Below, in pieces: positions 49,629 to 59,712 of a stretch of 64,000 bases of DNA. The number at the start of each line of letters is the position of its first letter. Within the stretch, counting starts at the first letter, position 1. Both the position numbers and the translations under genes were made by a program. Below the pieces are notes generated by a model. The model was not told the DNA's origin. It saw only the letters and a list, made by a program, of their open reading frames with translations, and did not search any database. This DNA comes from an uncultured Pelagibacteraceae bacterium (GTDB lineage: Bacteria > Pseudomonadota > Alphaproteobacteria > Pelagibacterales > AG-422-B15), in contig CACFAO010000001.1 of NCBI GenBank assembly GCA_902564295.1, positions 25,051 through 89,050 on the forward strand. Reading direction: 5' to 3'.

Positions 49629-51062
49629 TTAACTATTTTGTTTAAAGCGAATAGCATAGCCAATTATAAAAAATAAAACTATTAAAAAATATGCCAAGAG
49701 ATTTCCATATTCTCTATAGACAGTAGTCTCCAATTTCTCAGGGATTTTCACATCTAAATAAGTAATTTTACCAATATTGGTAACATTTAAAATTTCCCCA
49801 ATTGGGCTTATTAAGCCTGAAAAACCTTTATTAGAAGATCTAACTAGAGGTATTCCAAGTTCAATTGATCTAAAGAGAGCGTGTGTGAAATGTTGTCGAG
49901 GGCCACTAAAGTTTCCAAACCACCCATCATTACTTATGTTTACTAATAAATTAGTGTTATTTGAAATACTATTACGAACGAAGTTTGGAAAAATAACTTC
50001 ATAACAAATAAGTGGTAATATATTTTCCTTAAATACCTGGTCACTACTTCCTTTAGTTAATTCGTTTTCAAAAAACTTATTTTCACTAAATAAAATATTC
50101 ATCAGACTTGATAATGGAAAATATTCTCCAAAAGGTACAAGAATTTTTTTATCATAAGTAAATCCATTATAATTAATTGAATTATAAAATTTATTTTGAT
50201 CTCTCCTAATATATCCAACTAACCAATTTTCTGGTCTACTTGGATTAAGTCCCAATGAGGTTTCAGGGAAAACTGTAATTAAGTTAGAGGACCCCATTGT
50301 CGCAGTATTTTCAATCGATTTCTTAGTCCATTTATCTTTTTGATTAAAATATGTATGTATTATTCTTAATTCATTTTCTGAATAGATTGTTTGATTATTA
50401 TTAATTCTATTCAAGCCGTATAAGTATAATAAAGCGAGAATTAAAATTGCAGCATATAAATAAAATTTATTTTTTATATCAGCAATGTAGCTAAATATGC
50501 AAACTGAGCAAAATACAGTTATTAGTCCAAGTCCATAAATTCCAAAAATTGATGCTGATTGTGAGTAACTTAATGACCATGACCAACTATATCCAACTAA
50601 ATTCCATGGCAGACCTGTAAATAACACACTTCTTAAAAATTCAAAGATTATCCATACTGAACTGAAATAAAATAATTTTGAGTTAGACTCGCTCCATAAA
50701 AAAGCATTGATAAGTTGCATTACGGCAAAAAAAATAGAGAGAGAAAGAGGAAAAAAAATTAAAATAATTGGGACAACATAAAACAACTTTGCATCAAGTT
50801 CTATTACTGAGTTTGAGACCCAATACATACTTAATAGAAAAAAACCAAATCCAAAGCAAATACCGTTAAAAAAAAAAATTTTATAATATCTTTTAAAATT
50901 TTCAAAAATATAGTTATTCATTAAAAAGTAAGTTCCAATTGCAATTAAAGACAAGAATGGAACTTTGAATGGCTCAAAACTTAATGCTAAGAGTATTCCC
51001 AATAGGAAACAGGTAGTATGTATGTAAAATCTTCTAAGTGGAATAAATTCCAATAATTTCAT
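49629..51062 (-). CDS. lnt: Apolipoprotein N-acyltransferase
   Basis: A multi-TM N-terminus is followed by a CN-hydrolase domain (..VFPETS.., ..LICYEVIFP.., ..NISNDGWFG..). Confidence 0.9.
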   Translation of the reverse strand: MKLLEFIPLRRFYIHTTCFLLGILLALSFEPFKVPFLSLIAIGTYFLMNNYIFENFKRYYKIFFFNGICFGFGFFLLSMYWVSNSVIELDAKLFYVVPIILIFFPLSLSIFFAVMQLINAFLWSESNSKLFYFSSVWIIFEFLRSVLFTGLPWNLVGYSWSWSLSYSQSASIFGIYGLGLITVFCSVCIFSYIADIKNKFYLYAAILILALLYLYGLNRINNNQTIYSENELRIIHTYFNQKDKWTKKSIENTATMGSSNLITVFPETSLGLNPSRPENWLVGYIRRDQNKFYNSINYNGFTYDKKILVPFGEYFPLSSLMNILFSENKFFENELTKGSSDQVFKENILPLICYEVIFPNFVRNSISNNTNLLVNISNDGWFGNFSGPRQHFTHALFRSIELGIPLVRSSNKGFSGLISPIGEILNVTNIGKITYLDVKIPEKLETTVYREYGNLLAYFLIVLFFIIGYAIRFKQNS

Positions 51063-51898
51063 TATTTTTTAGGTGTTGTTACTTTAACAGATTTAATTTT
51101 CATTGGATCTGCATCTTTTATTTCAAAAGTCGTGCCTGAAGTGTGTTTTATAATTTCCCCTCTTTGCGGAACTCGACCAGTTATTGAGAAAATTAATCCT
51201 CCTAGTGTATCAACATCATCATTATCATACGAATTCAAAAATTCGACATTAGTTACTTTTTGAAGTTCATCTATTTCAATTCTAGCACTAGCCTCGAAAG
51301 TATTGAGAGAAGATTTAATGAGCATTGGCAAGTTTTTTTCGTCATGCTCGTCTTCAATTTCACCAGTAATTTCCTCAATTACATCCTCAATTGTAACTAG
51401 ACCATCAGTGCAGCCATACTCATCTATGACAATACCCATATGTAATCTGGTTAACTGCATTTTTAACAATAAATCGAGTACTGGCATTGAAGGAGGGATT
51501 TCTAAAATCTCTCTTTTTAAATTTTGAAGAAAATTAGTTTCCGTTTTTTTTTGATTTTGGTAATTTACCAAATCCTTTATGTGAATCATGCCAATAATAT
51601 TATCAAGATTTTTTTCATATATTGGTACTCTAGAGTGAGCTTCCTTTATAAAAACCCCAAGTACTTTTTCAAAGCTATCGTTTAACTCTACTGCACCAAT
51701 ATCAGCTCTTGGTATCATTATATCTGATGATCTGATGCCATCTATTTTTAAGATATTTAAAAGCATTAATCTTTCGTGCTTTGAAATTCCCTCCGTGCCT
51801 TTCAAGTCATTATCTAAAACAGTTTCAATACTTTGTTTTAGATTGTTATTTTCAGTATTTTTCTTAAAAAAAAATTTTTTAAATAATTTTCTGATCAT
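51062..51898 (-). CDS. corC: CBS-pair / CorC_HlyC domain protein (CorC/TlyC family)
   Basis: A CBS pair (..IMIPR.DI.AV.., ..VIDEYG.TDGLVT.EDVIEEI.GEI.DE) and a C-terminal transporter-associated domain are present. The order ybeY-corC-lnt is conserved. Confidence 0.88.
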   Translation of the reverse strand: MIRKLFKKFFFKKNTENNNLKQSIETVLDNDLKGTEGISKHERLMLLNILKIDGIRSSDIMIPRADIGAVELNDSFEKVLGVFIKEAHSRVPIYEKNLDNIIGMIHIKDLVNYQNQKKTETNFLQNLKREILEIPPSMPVLDLLLKMQLTRLHMGIVIDEYGCTDGLVTIEDVIEEITGEIEDEHDEKNLPMLIKSSLNTFEASARIEIDELQKVTNVEFLNSYDNDDVDTLGGLIFSITGRVPQRGEIIKHTSGTTFEIKDADPMKIKSVKVTTPKK

Positions 51899-52350
51899 GA
51901 TAAGTGCTTTATATTATCAAATATTATATTTTCGAACTTATTCATTAGCTTAAACTGTTTTTCGTTATTGTGATCATAACCTAACAGATGAAGCATGCCA
52001 TGTATTGTAATCTTACACAAATGGTCATACTTTGTAACATTTTGTTTAATGGACTCTTCCAATAAAGTTTGATTTGATAAAACAATGTCACCTAAAAGGT
52101 AAATGCCATCTGAAGAAAATTGCATTGGAAATGATAGAACATTTGTTGGTTTATTTTTATTTCTATATTGATAATTGAGTTTTTTAATTTCTTTATTTGA
52201 GGTTAAAAAAATGCTAACGACAATATCTTCATCTATTTTTACATCCATTTGCTTAAGTGTTTCATTTACAGCTTTTCCAATGTGTTTTTTGAAGTGTGGA
52301 AAATGTTTTTTCCATCCTTTGTCCACAATATTATAACTTATCTTAGTCAT
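51895..52350 (-). CDS. ybeY: rRNA maturation endoribonuclease YbeY
   Basis: The zinc motif HGMLHLLGYDH is present. Confidence 0.93.
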   Translation of the reverse strand: MTKISYNIVDKGWKKHFPHFKKHIGKAVNETLKQMDVKIDEDIVVSIFLTSNKEIKKLNYQYRNKNKPTNVLSFPMQFSSDGIYLLGDIVLSNQTLLEESIKQNVTKYDHLCKITIHGMLHLLGYDHNNEKQFKLMNKFENIIFDNIKHLS

Positions 52351-52353
52351 TAA

Positions 52354-53400
52354 TTATGATTTTTGATCAAAGAGGTCTTTTATTCTGTCATCGTATGAGT
52401 CATAAGCATTGATAATTTTTGTGACCATTTCATCTCTGACAATATCTTTTGATCCTAGCTCAACAACTTCAATATTATCAATTTTTTCTAAGATTTTAAT
52501 TGATTTTATTAACCCTGAGTTACTTTTTCTATTGAGGTCTATTTGAGATGGATCACCTGTAACTACCATTCTAGAGTTTTTGCCACACCTAGTTAAGAAC
52601 ATTTTTATTTGTGTATGTGTTGCATTCTGGGCTTCATCTAAGATGACAAATGAATTATTTAATGTCCTACCTCTCATAAAAGCTAAAGGAGCTATTTCAA
52701 TTTCAGCAGACTCAATTTTTCTTACCGCTATATCTGATGGCATAAGATCATAAAGACTGTCATACAATGGTCTCAGGTAAGGATCTACCTTTTCTTTTAA
52801 ATCACCAGGTAAGAATCCAAGTTTTTCCCCAGCTTCTACTGCTGGTCTAGATAGAATTATTCTGTCAAATTTATTATCTAGTAATTGAGAAACTGCTGCT
52901 GCAACCGCTAAGAATGTTTTACCTGTTCCGGCTGGACCGACCGCAAAGATAATTTTCTTTTTTTGAAGAATATCTAAATAATGATTTTGCATTTTACTTT
53001 TACCAATAACATCTAGTTTTGCTGTCTTGGTGACTGTCAAATTTCTTATTTTATCATTTTCATTTAAAAATTGCATTTTTAGATTCTCCTGCATTAAATT
53101 AATATTATTTACTTTTCTGCTAGATTTTAAATCCTGTTGTGTTTTTAAAATTGCATTTCGCAAAATATTTCTGTATTTTTTTTCACCTTTAATATTTAGT
53201 TGATTTCCTTTTTGAAAGACCTTAATGGGAAGCTGATCTTCAAAAAAATTTAAATTTTCATTGTTAACTCCAAATATCTCTAGAACATCTAAGTTATCAA
53301 TATTTATTATGGAAGATCCTGATGTCAGGTCCTTTTGATTTTCGGATATAGGTTTTATTTGTTTATTTTTCAAATTAAGTGGGTAATCAATTTTTAACAA
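52354..53400 (-). CDS. phoH: PhoH-like ATPase (YbeZ)
   Basis: The P-loop GPAGTGKTFLAVA, ..ILSRPAVEAGE.LGFLPG.. and ..ILDEAQN.. are present. Confidence 0.93.
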   Translation of the reverse strand: MLKIDYPLNLKNKQIKPISENQKDLTSGSSIINIDNLDVLEIFGVNNENLNFFEDQLPIKVFQKGNQLNIKGEKKYRNILRNAILKTQQDLKSSRKVNNINLMQENLKMQFLNENDKIRNLTVTKTAKLDVIGKSKMQNHYLDILQKKKIIFAVGPAGTGKTFLAVAAAVSQLLDNKFDRIILSRPAVEAGEKLGFLPGDLKEKVDPYLRPLYDSLYDLMPSDIAVRKIESAEIEIAPLAFMRGRTLNNSFVILDEAQNATHTQIKMFLTRCGKNSRMVVTGDPSQIDLNRKSNSGLIKSIKILEKIDNIEVVELGSKDIVRDEMVTKIINAYDSYDDRIKDLFDQKS

Positions 53401-54701
53401 ATACCATATAAGCTCTTATGGTTGCAAGACGTAATATCAATATCTTTTTCATGACCTGGTACTAAATCATTGGACTTGATATAAACTGATTGCATAAATG
53501 GCGTTCTTCCAAAGAAATACTCAGGATTACTTAAACTTTGATTCTCAATTAAAACTTTTACAGTTTTATTACAGAACTGTTTGTTAAAGGAGTATTGAAT
53601 TTTCTTTAATTTTTCTTGCAATACTATCAGTCTTTCTTTTTTTACTGAAATTGGAGTATCGTCGACTTCTGTCGATGACTTAGTTCCAGGTCTTGAACTA
53701 TAAATAAATGAATAAGATTGTGTAAACTCAATATCATCAATAAGTTTTAGCGTATCATTGAAATCTTGATCTGTTTCACCTGGATAGCCAACAATAAAAT
53801 CTGAGGATATTTCTATATCTGGTTTTGCTTTCTTTAATCTATCAATAGTTCTTCGATAAAAATTAGGATCATATTTTCTGTTCATTTTTTTTAAAATTGA
53901 TTCTGAACCAGATTGAACAGGCAAATGGATAAATGGCATAAGTTTATTATTCGTAGCATGGAGATTAATTAAATCATCACTCATATTTACTGGATGCGAT
54001 GTTGTATACCTTATTCTTTTTACGTTTTCATTTTTACTAATTTCTTCAATTAAGTCAGAAATATTTAGTTTTGATCCATCGTTAATAGACTCATAAGCAT
54101 TCACATTTTGACCTAATAATACAATTTCTTTTGCGCCCTTATTAGTAAGAACTTTTACCTCTTTTAATAATGACTCTAGTGAACGGGAGTACTCAGGTCC
54201 TCTTGTGTAAGGAACAACACAAAATGAACAAAACTTATCACAACCTTCCTGAATGGTTATATACGATGAAACGCCTTGTCTTCTTTTTTGTTCACTTAAA
54301 TAGTCAAATTTTTCATTTACAATAAATTCAGTGTTGATCTGTTTCGGGTATTTTTTTAAATCATCAATCATTTGTGGTAGTAAATGATAACTTTGTGGAC
54401 CTAAAATTATATCAATCGACTTATTTTTATTAAACATTTCTGAATTTTCAGCTTGGGCTACACAACCTACAACAGCAATAGTTTGTTCTTTCTTATATTT
54501 GTTAACTCTTCCAATATCAGAGTAGACTTTATGGGCAGCCTTATCTCTTATATTACATGTATTGAATACAATCAGATCTGCGTCCTCAGCATATTTATTT
54601 AGCTTCAAACCTTTGTTTTCTAAAATTGACGTTATTTTTTCACTATCGTAAATATTCATTTGGCATCCATAAGATTTTACGAAAAAAGTCGAATGGCTCA
54701 T
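53394..54701 (-). CDS. miaB: tRNA-i6A37 methylthiotransferase MiaB
   Basis: The N-terminal UPF0004 cysteines (YGCQMN.., ..NTCNIR..), the radical-SAM motif CDKFCSFCVVP and a C-terminal TRAM domain are present. Confidence 0.95.
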   Translation of the reverse strand: MSHSTFFVKSYGCQMNIYDSEKITSILENKGLKLNKYAEDADLIVFNTCNIRDKAAHKVYSDIGRVNKYKKEQTIAVVGCVAQAENSEMFNKNKSIDIILGPQSYHLLPQMIDDLKKYPKQINTEFIVNEKFDYLSEQKRRQGVSSYITIQEGCDKFCSFCVVPYTRGPEYSRSLESLLKEVKVLTNKGAKEIVLLGQNVNAYESINDGSKLNISDLIEEISKNENVKRIRYTTSHPVNMSDDLINLHATNNKLMPFIHLPVQSGSESILKKMNRKYDPNFYRRTIDRLKKAKPDIEISSDFIVGYPGETDQDFNDTLKLIDDIEFTQSYSFIYSSRPGTKSSTEVDDTPISVKKERLIVLQEKLKKIQYSFNKQFCNKTVKVLIENQSLSNPEYFFGRTPFMQSVYIKSNDLVPGHEKDIDITSCNHKSLYGIC

Positions 54702-55478
54702 TTAATTAACTTTTATACTTTGATTTAAACCACTTAATATCTGCTTCTCACAATGAGCCGCCAATTCTTTTCTATTCTTAAAGCTATTTACGCTCATGAG
54801 ATCATGAAAAATGATATCAACTGTAATTCTACCAGATCTGAGAAAATTTGCCATTGCTGCAACCATTGAGGTATCGCCAACCCAAGCAATGTTTCGTCTT
54901 AAATAAATTCCCATTGGAATATTATTTAACTTGGAATAACATATTGAAATTGGCTGAATATTAATTTCATTATTGTTATCAAAAGCGCACTCAAGCATAG
55001 AGGATTTAAAATTCTTAATGCCATTGCCATCAGACGTCGTCCCTTCTGGAAAGATAATAAAATTTTCACCAGCTTTTAATTTTTTTCGAATTAAATGATT
55101 ATATTCAATGATTTTATTTTTATTTTCATTATCTATAAAAAAAGTATTACTTATCATTGCTAAAAAACCAAAAATTCCCATTTGAGATACTTCTTTCTTG
55201 GCTATAAATCTTGCATTTAGTAATGTTCCTAAACAAATTATATCAAACCATGAAACATGGTTTGCTATATAGAGAACTCCCACATTTTTTTTGTTGAGTT
55301 TTGTTTTATTAAAATTAATGTTAATGCCTGTAACTATTTTTATCATTTGATAAAAATAAAGAGGGTAAATCTTCTTTAACCTAAATCCAATTATGTTACA
55401 AAAAACTTGGACGGGTATTGAAAAAGCTATAATTAAAAGTAGAAAAATTAAAATAAGAACAAGTCTTAAAATAGACAT
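54702..55478 (-). CDS. plsC: 1-acyl-sn-glycerol-3-phosphate acyltransferase family protein
   Basis: An N-terminal TM segment and the acyltransferase motifs NHVSWFD (HxxxxD) and FPEGTTS are present. Confidence 0.85.
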   Translation of the reverse strand: MSILRLVLILIFLLLIIAFSIPVQVFCNIIGFRLKKIYPLYFYQMIKIVTGININFNKTKLNKKNVGVLYIANHVSWFDIICLGTLLNARFIAKKEVSQMGIFGFLAMISNTFFIDNENKNKIIEYNHLIRKKLKAGENFIIFPEGTTSDGNGIKNFKSSMLECAFDNNNEINIQPISICYSKLNNIPMGIYLRRNIAWVGDTSMVAAMANFLRSGRITVDIIFHDLMSVNSFKNRKELAAHCEKQILSGLNQSIKVN

Positions 55479-55907
55479 CTAATTATTTTTTTTTATTTTA
55501 ATTCCATAAAGCTCTAACCTGTGATCAACAAGTTTGTATCCTAGAGACTTTGCAACTGAATTTTGAATCTCTTCAATTTCTTCATTAGTGAATTCATGAA
55601 TTTCTCCTGACTCAATATCTATCAAATGATCATGATGATGGTCTTCAATGGCTTCGTATCTTGATCTACCATCTTTGAATTCATGTTTTTCAATAGCACC
55701 ATATTCTTCAAAAAGTTTTACAGTCCTATAAACTGTTGCAATACTAATATTCTTATCTTGCTCGTTGGCATTTAAAAATATTTCATTTACATCAGGGTGG
55801 CCATTGGCACTCATCTCTGTGATAACATCAGCAATAATATTTCTTTGCTCTGTCATTCTTAATCCTTTATCTCTGCACATTTTTTTTACGTCAATCATGT
55901 AAATCAC
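55479..55907 (-). CDS. fur: Fur-family metalloregulator (alphaproteobacterial Fur/Mur type)
   Basis: ..RMTEQRNIIADV.., ..SIATVYRTVKLFEE.G.. and the metal-site HHHDHLID are present. DIESG replaces the usual CxxC, as in rhizobial Mur. The start may be a downstream Met (MIDVKK.., 55898). Confidence 0.88.
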   Translation of the reverse strand: MIYMIDVKKMCRDKGLRMTEQRNIIADVITEMSANGHPDVNEIFLNANEQDKNISIATVYRTVKLFEEYGAIEKHEFKDGRSRYEAIEDHHHDHLIDIESGEIHEFTNEEIEEIQNSVAKSLGYKLVDHRLELYGIKIKKNN

Positions 55908-56534
55908 TCAAAAATAGTTATTTATATATAATGGTTTTGGGTCAGTTTTATCAATTAAATTATTATCAATTATTTTTGGTAATTCATACAAATTATAATC
56001 TATTAAATGAAAATTCTCTGTTATTTTAAGGAAACTTTTATTTTCTAGCGATTTCTTCTGTAAATTAATATCACAAATATATATTGTTGCACTACTGTAC
56101 CTGAACTTTTCATTATCAAAATTAACTAATGTAGGTCGATTAATGCTCTTATTTCCTTTGAATGATTGAATAAAAAATTCATTATTTCTAAAGTGTAAAA
56201 TTATACATTTTGTTTTTCTAATCTTGCTCAGTCCCATTTTAAAATTAATTAATTCAAATTTAGACAATCCAAATATATTTAAATTCATAGTTAACTTAAG
56301 CGCTTTAGCAAAAGTTAATGCAGATCTAATACCAGTAAAACTTCCTGGTCCTGTAATAATATAAATTGATTTTATATTTTTTATATTTGTATGTGATTTT
56401 TTTAAAAATTTATCAATCTCAATAATTAATATCTCAGAAATATTTTTTTTTATTTTTAATTCTTTATTAACTAATTTACCATTATGTATTAAAGCTAATC
56501 TAAATGATTGAGTAAAATCTAAAATAAGAAACAT
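55908..56534 (-). CDS. tsaB: tRNA t6A37 biosynthesis protein TsaB (YeaZ)
   Basis: The motif ITGPGSFTGIRSALTFAKAL is typical of TsaB. The protein is 208 aa. Confidence 0.85.
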   Translation of the reverse strand: MFLILDFTQSFRLALIHNGKLVNKELKIKKNISEILIIEIDKFLKKSHTNIKNIKSIYIITGPGSFTGIRSALTFAKALKLTMNLNIFGLSKFELINFKMGLSKIRKTKCIILHFRNNEFFIQSFKGNKSINRPTLVNFDNEKFRYSSATIYICDINLQKKSLENKSFLKITENFHLIDYNLYELPKIIDNNLIDKTDPKPLYINNYF

Positions 56535-56575
56535 AATATTGCTATTTTTTACATATAGACTAAAAATTAGATGAT

Positions 56576-57610
56576 ATGAATAATTTTTTTTTTAATAATT
56601 CAAGCAAATATTATTTTTTATTTATAATAATTTTCTCCTCATATACTTTACCTGTTTTTAGTGAGCCAGGTGTTTCGGTATTCATGTATCATAGATTTGG
56701 AGAAGGCAAATACCCTTCTACTAATGTTAGTGAAGAACAATTTTTTTCGCATATAGATTACATTCTTAATAATGAAATTAAGGTTATTAAATTAGAAAAT
56801 TTGATCACAGATCTAGATCAAAATAAAAAATTTAATGACAAGACTGTGGCATTTTCTGTTGATGATGCATATAGATCATTTTATAAAATTGCTTGGCCAA
56901 TTTTTAGAGATAATGAAATTCCTGTCACTTTATTTGTATCTACTGAGATAATTGATGATAGAACAAATGGTTACATGACTTGGGAAGAAATCAAAACATT
57001 TGTTGATGAGGGTGGAAGTATTGGTCAACATACATCCTCACATTTACACATGCCATTACATTCCATTTCGAAAATAAAAGAAGATATTTTAAATTCTCAT
57101 AAAAGTTGGATCAAAAATATTGGCTACATACCTAAACTATTTGCCTATCCTTACGGAGAGTCGAGTAATGAAGTGATTGATATACTCAAGGAGTTTGATA
57201 TTTCACACGCATTTGGTCAACACTCTGGGGTTATTTCCAGTTTTGGTAATCAATACTATTTACCTAGGTTTTCACTCAATGAAAGATTTGGAGATATCGA
57301 TAGATTTGAATTTGCAGTTAATGCTTATTCTCTAAATATAAAGGATTTTTTGCCAGTAGATATGTTTTTGATCGATAACAAAAAACCCTTAATTGAGTTT
57401 AGTACTTTAAATAATTTGAAAGGAAGCCCCATAGATTGTTTTTCAAATCCTGGTGGCAAATGGGATAAGCAAGAAATAATAAATATAAAAAAAAATAGAT
57501 TTCAAATAAAGTTAAAAGAAGATTATTTAAGTGGAAGAGCGCGCCTAAATTGTACAACAAGGATTGATGATGAATGGTATTGGTTTGGATATCAGTTTTT
57601 AGTTAAATGA
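56576..57610 (+). CDS. Polysaccharide deacetylase (NodB-homology, CE4) family protein with a signal peptide
   Basis: NodB motifs are present: ..VAFSVDDAYRSF.., ..GQHTSSH.. and ..FAYPYGE... A C-terminal region of about 100 aa follows, in which I recognise no motif. Confidence 0.75.
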   Translation: MNNFFFNNSSKYYFLFIIIFSSYTLPVFSEPGVSVFMYHRFGEGKYPSTNVSEEQFFSHIDYILNNEIKVIKLENLITDLDQNKKFNDKTVAFSVDDAYRSFYKIAWPIFRDNEIPVTLFVSTEIIDDRTNGYMTWEEIKTFVDEGGSIGQHTSSHLHMPLHSISKIKEDILNSHKSWIKNIGYIPKLFAYPYGESSNEVIDILKEFDISHAFGQHSGVISSFGNQYYLPRFSLNERFGDIDRFEFAVNAYSLNIKDFLPVDMFLIDNKKPLIEFSTLNNLKGSPIDCFSNPGGKWDKQEIINIKKNRFQIKLKEDYLSGRARLNCTTRIDDEWYWFGYQFLVK

Positions 57611-58571
57611 CATCAGTAATCAGCGGTATCTGCTGATCAATACTTAAGTTTTCGAAATCTTGGAAGTCATTTATTTCAATAATATTTTTAATTTTGTCAG
57701 TATAATCATCTTCAATAGAGTAACTTGATAAAAACTCAGCTAAATAAATACCTTTCAGGGGTATCTTATTTGAACGCAACACAAATCTATTAATACGAAA
57801 CTCATCATAGTGAAAATTTGTATTTAGATTTTTCATATAAGAAGCCACAGACTCACTTAAATTATTAAAAGATTTAATTTTATATTTTGCATCAGTTTCT
57901 CTTTCGTTTGGAATGATACCATCGTTAGTTTTACCCCAAATGTACTGTCCAAAAAGTGCGTTGCCCTCGTATGCGAATCTGGAAGTGCCCCATCCACTCT
58001 CTATAACAGCCTGAGCTAGTGCGAGTGAAACGGGTACTTCATCAACTTTTATTAATAGAGAGTCTAATGTATCAGCCTTATATTCTTCCATTAAATTTTG
58101 AACCCAAATGGCTTCTTTTCGTGATATTTGATCGAAACTACTTTTGACTAATTTTATATTCTGATTCAAAGATGATAGTTTACTATTTTCTTGGACTATT
58201 AAGGGTAAAGTAATTTTTATAAACAGTTCTTTTCTATTTTTAATGGATTTTATACTTTTTAGATCTTTAGGTAGTTGAGAAACTTTTATATTTGGTATCG
58301 ACTTTGTTTCTCTGATTTGATCAATCTTAGTATGATAAATAATTTTATTTTCCTGCAGAGTTTTTGCAGTTTTTAAATCAATTATGTAAGAAACCTGAAT
58401 ATCTTTTTCAGCATGATCCAAAGGTATGTCTTTCTGCGTATAAGACTTTTGATAAAAAGTATTAGCATATATCAGCGAAGTTAAAACCGTTAAGACGATG
58501 AGTAAAAAAATAAAATAATATATTTTTAACAGAAATTTAATATTTTTATCTTGAGTAATTAAAATATTCAT
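57603..58571 (-). CDS. Membrane-anchored glucosaminidase-domain protein (FlgJ C-terminal / Bax-like)
   Basis: The motif LALAQAVIESGWGTSRFAYEGNALFGQ is typical of mannosyl-glycoprotein endo-beta-N-acetylglucosaminidase domains. I place the start at the Met at 58571 (MNILITQDKN.., followed by a TM anchor). The track start at 58649 would overlap the upstream Nfu gene by 65 nt. Confidence 0.7.
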   Translation of the reverse strand: MNILITQDKNIKFLLKIYYFIFLLIVLTVLTSLIYANTFYQKSYTQKDIPLDHAEKDIQVSYIIDLKTAKTLQENKIIYHTKIDQIRETKSIPNIKVSQLPKDLKSIKSIKNRKELFIKITLPLIVQENSKLSSLNQNIKLVKSSFDQISRKEAIWVQNLMEEYKADTLDSLLIKVDEVPVSLALAQAVIESGWGTSRFAYEGNALFGQYIWGKTNDGIIPNERETDAKYKIKSFNNLSESVASYMKNLNTNFHYDEFRINRFVLRSNKIPLKGIYLAEFLSSYSIEDDYTDKIKNIIEINDFQDFENLSIDQQIPLITDVI

Positions 58572-58584
58572 AGCGATTATTCTT

Positions 58585-59148
58585 CTATAGTACCTGCTCA
58601 ACTTTTTTGACTTCAGGAACGTTATGTTTAAGCATATTTTCGATACCATTCTTCAATGTAACGGTTGCACTTGGACAGCCTGCGCAACTCCCTTTCAATG
58701 AAAGATAAGCTATACCACTTTCATATTTAATAAATTTTACATCTCCACCATCTTGCATAATTGCCGGTCTTATCTTTGAAAATAATATACTATTGATCAT
58801 ATTAACTACTTTCAGGTCATCGTCATGAAACTGTATATTATCTAATTCATTACTTTCATCGTCTCTTTTATCAATAGCTGGGAGGCCAGAGTTAAGATAA
58901 TTAGAAATGACTTGTAATATTGAAGCCTTAAGTTGGTCCCAGGTATAATCATTTTTATTAACTGAGATACAATTTTTATTAAATAATATATTTTCAACCC
59001 CTTTTATTTTAAAAAGTTCGTCTGCTAATACTGAGTTTCTGTTATCTTGTGATTTATTAAATTCAACTGGTTTTTCACAAAGCTCATGATCAGTAAGAAT
59101 GAACTTTAGTGAATTTGGATTTGGAGTTGATTCGGTTTGTATAAACAT
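58585..59148 (-). CDS. NifU/Nfu-type Fe-S cluster carrier protein (Nfu_N + NifU C-terminal domains)
   Basis: The N-terminus reads MFIQTESTPNPNSLKF (Nfu_N) and the C-terminal domain has the CxxC motif (GSCAGCPSATVTLK.GIE). Confidence 0.88.
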   Translation of the reverse strand: MFIQTESTPNPNSLKFILTDHELCEKPVEFNKSQDNRNSVLADELFKIKGVENILFNKNCISVNKNDYTWDQLKASILQVISNYLNSGLPAIDKRDDESNELDNIQFHDDDLKVVNMINSILFSKIRPAIMQDGGDVKFIKYESGIAYLSLKGSCAGCPSATVTLKNGIENMLKHNVPEVKKVEQVL

Positions 59149-59235
59149 AATACTTTTAGAGTTATATAGATAGATTCATAAATTTTTAAAGTTTTGATAC
59201 AGTTATTTATTAAGTTACTGAAATTAAATTAATTT

Positions 59236-59712
59236 TTAGTCTGATCGAGATGCTAAATCATCTATTAGCTCGTCTGAAAGTCCTTGTGGGATTATGACAA
59301 CAGGCACAGGTAATTTTCCAGATTTTTGTCCTGCCAAAAGTGATACAAGTGGTCCTGGCTGATCCGACTCAGCCGCAGCTAAAACAAGAAATCTAATTGC
59401 GTTGTCCTCTTCAAGTGTCTCTACAATTTTTTCACTTGTGGTACCCTCTTTTATTATAAGCTCAGGAACAATATTAGTCAGATCATTAATTACTTTAGAC
59501 CATTTTTGAAGTTTTTCTTGCGCTTTCTCTCTTGCTTCTTGAAGTATTATATCTTCTATTGACTGCCATTGTTGAGGGTCAAATTGTTCTATCACGTTTA
59601 ACAATGTTACTCCTCCCTTTGTACTCTGCGCGCGCTTAGCGGCAAACCTGATCGCAACGTTTAACTCTTTAGAGTCATCAACTATTACTAAAAATTTTGA
59701 TCTATGCTTCAT
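59236..59712 (-). CDS. Universal stress protein family (UspA-like) protein
   Basis: The 158-aa protein has a Usp alpha/beta layout (KFLVIVDDS..., ..FLVLAAA...PGPLVS.. and the C-terminal ..PVPVVIIP) and overlaps the trpS 3' end by 11 nt. The family call is moderate. Confidence 0.6.
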   Translation of the reverse strand: MKHRSKFLVIVDDSKELNVAIRFAAKRAQSTKGGVTLLNVIEQFDPQQWQSIEDIILQEAREKAQEKLQKWSKVINDLTNIVPELIIKEGTTSEKIVETLEEDNAIRFLVLAAAESDQPGPLVSLLAGQKSGKLPVPVVIIPQGLSDELIDDLASRSD

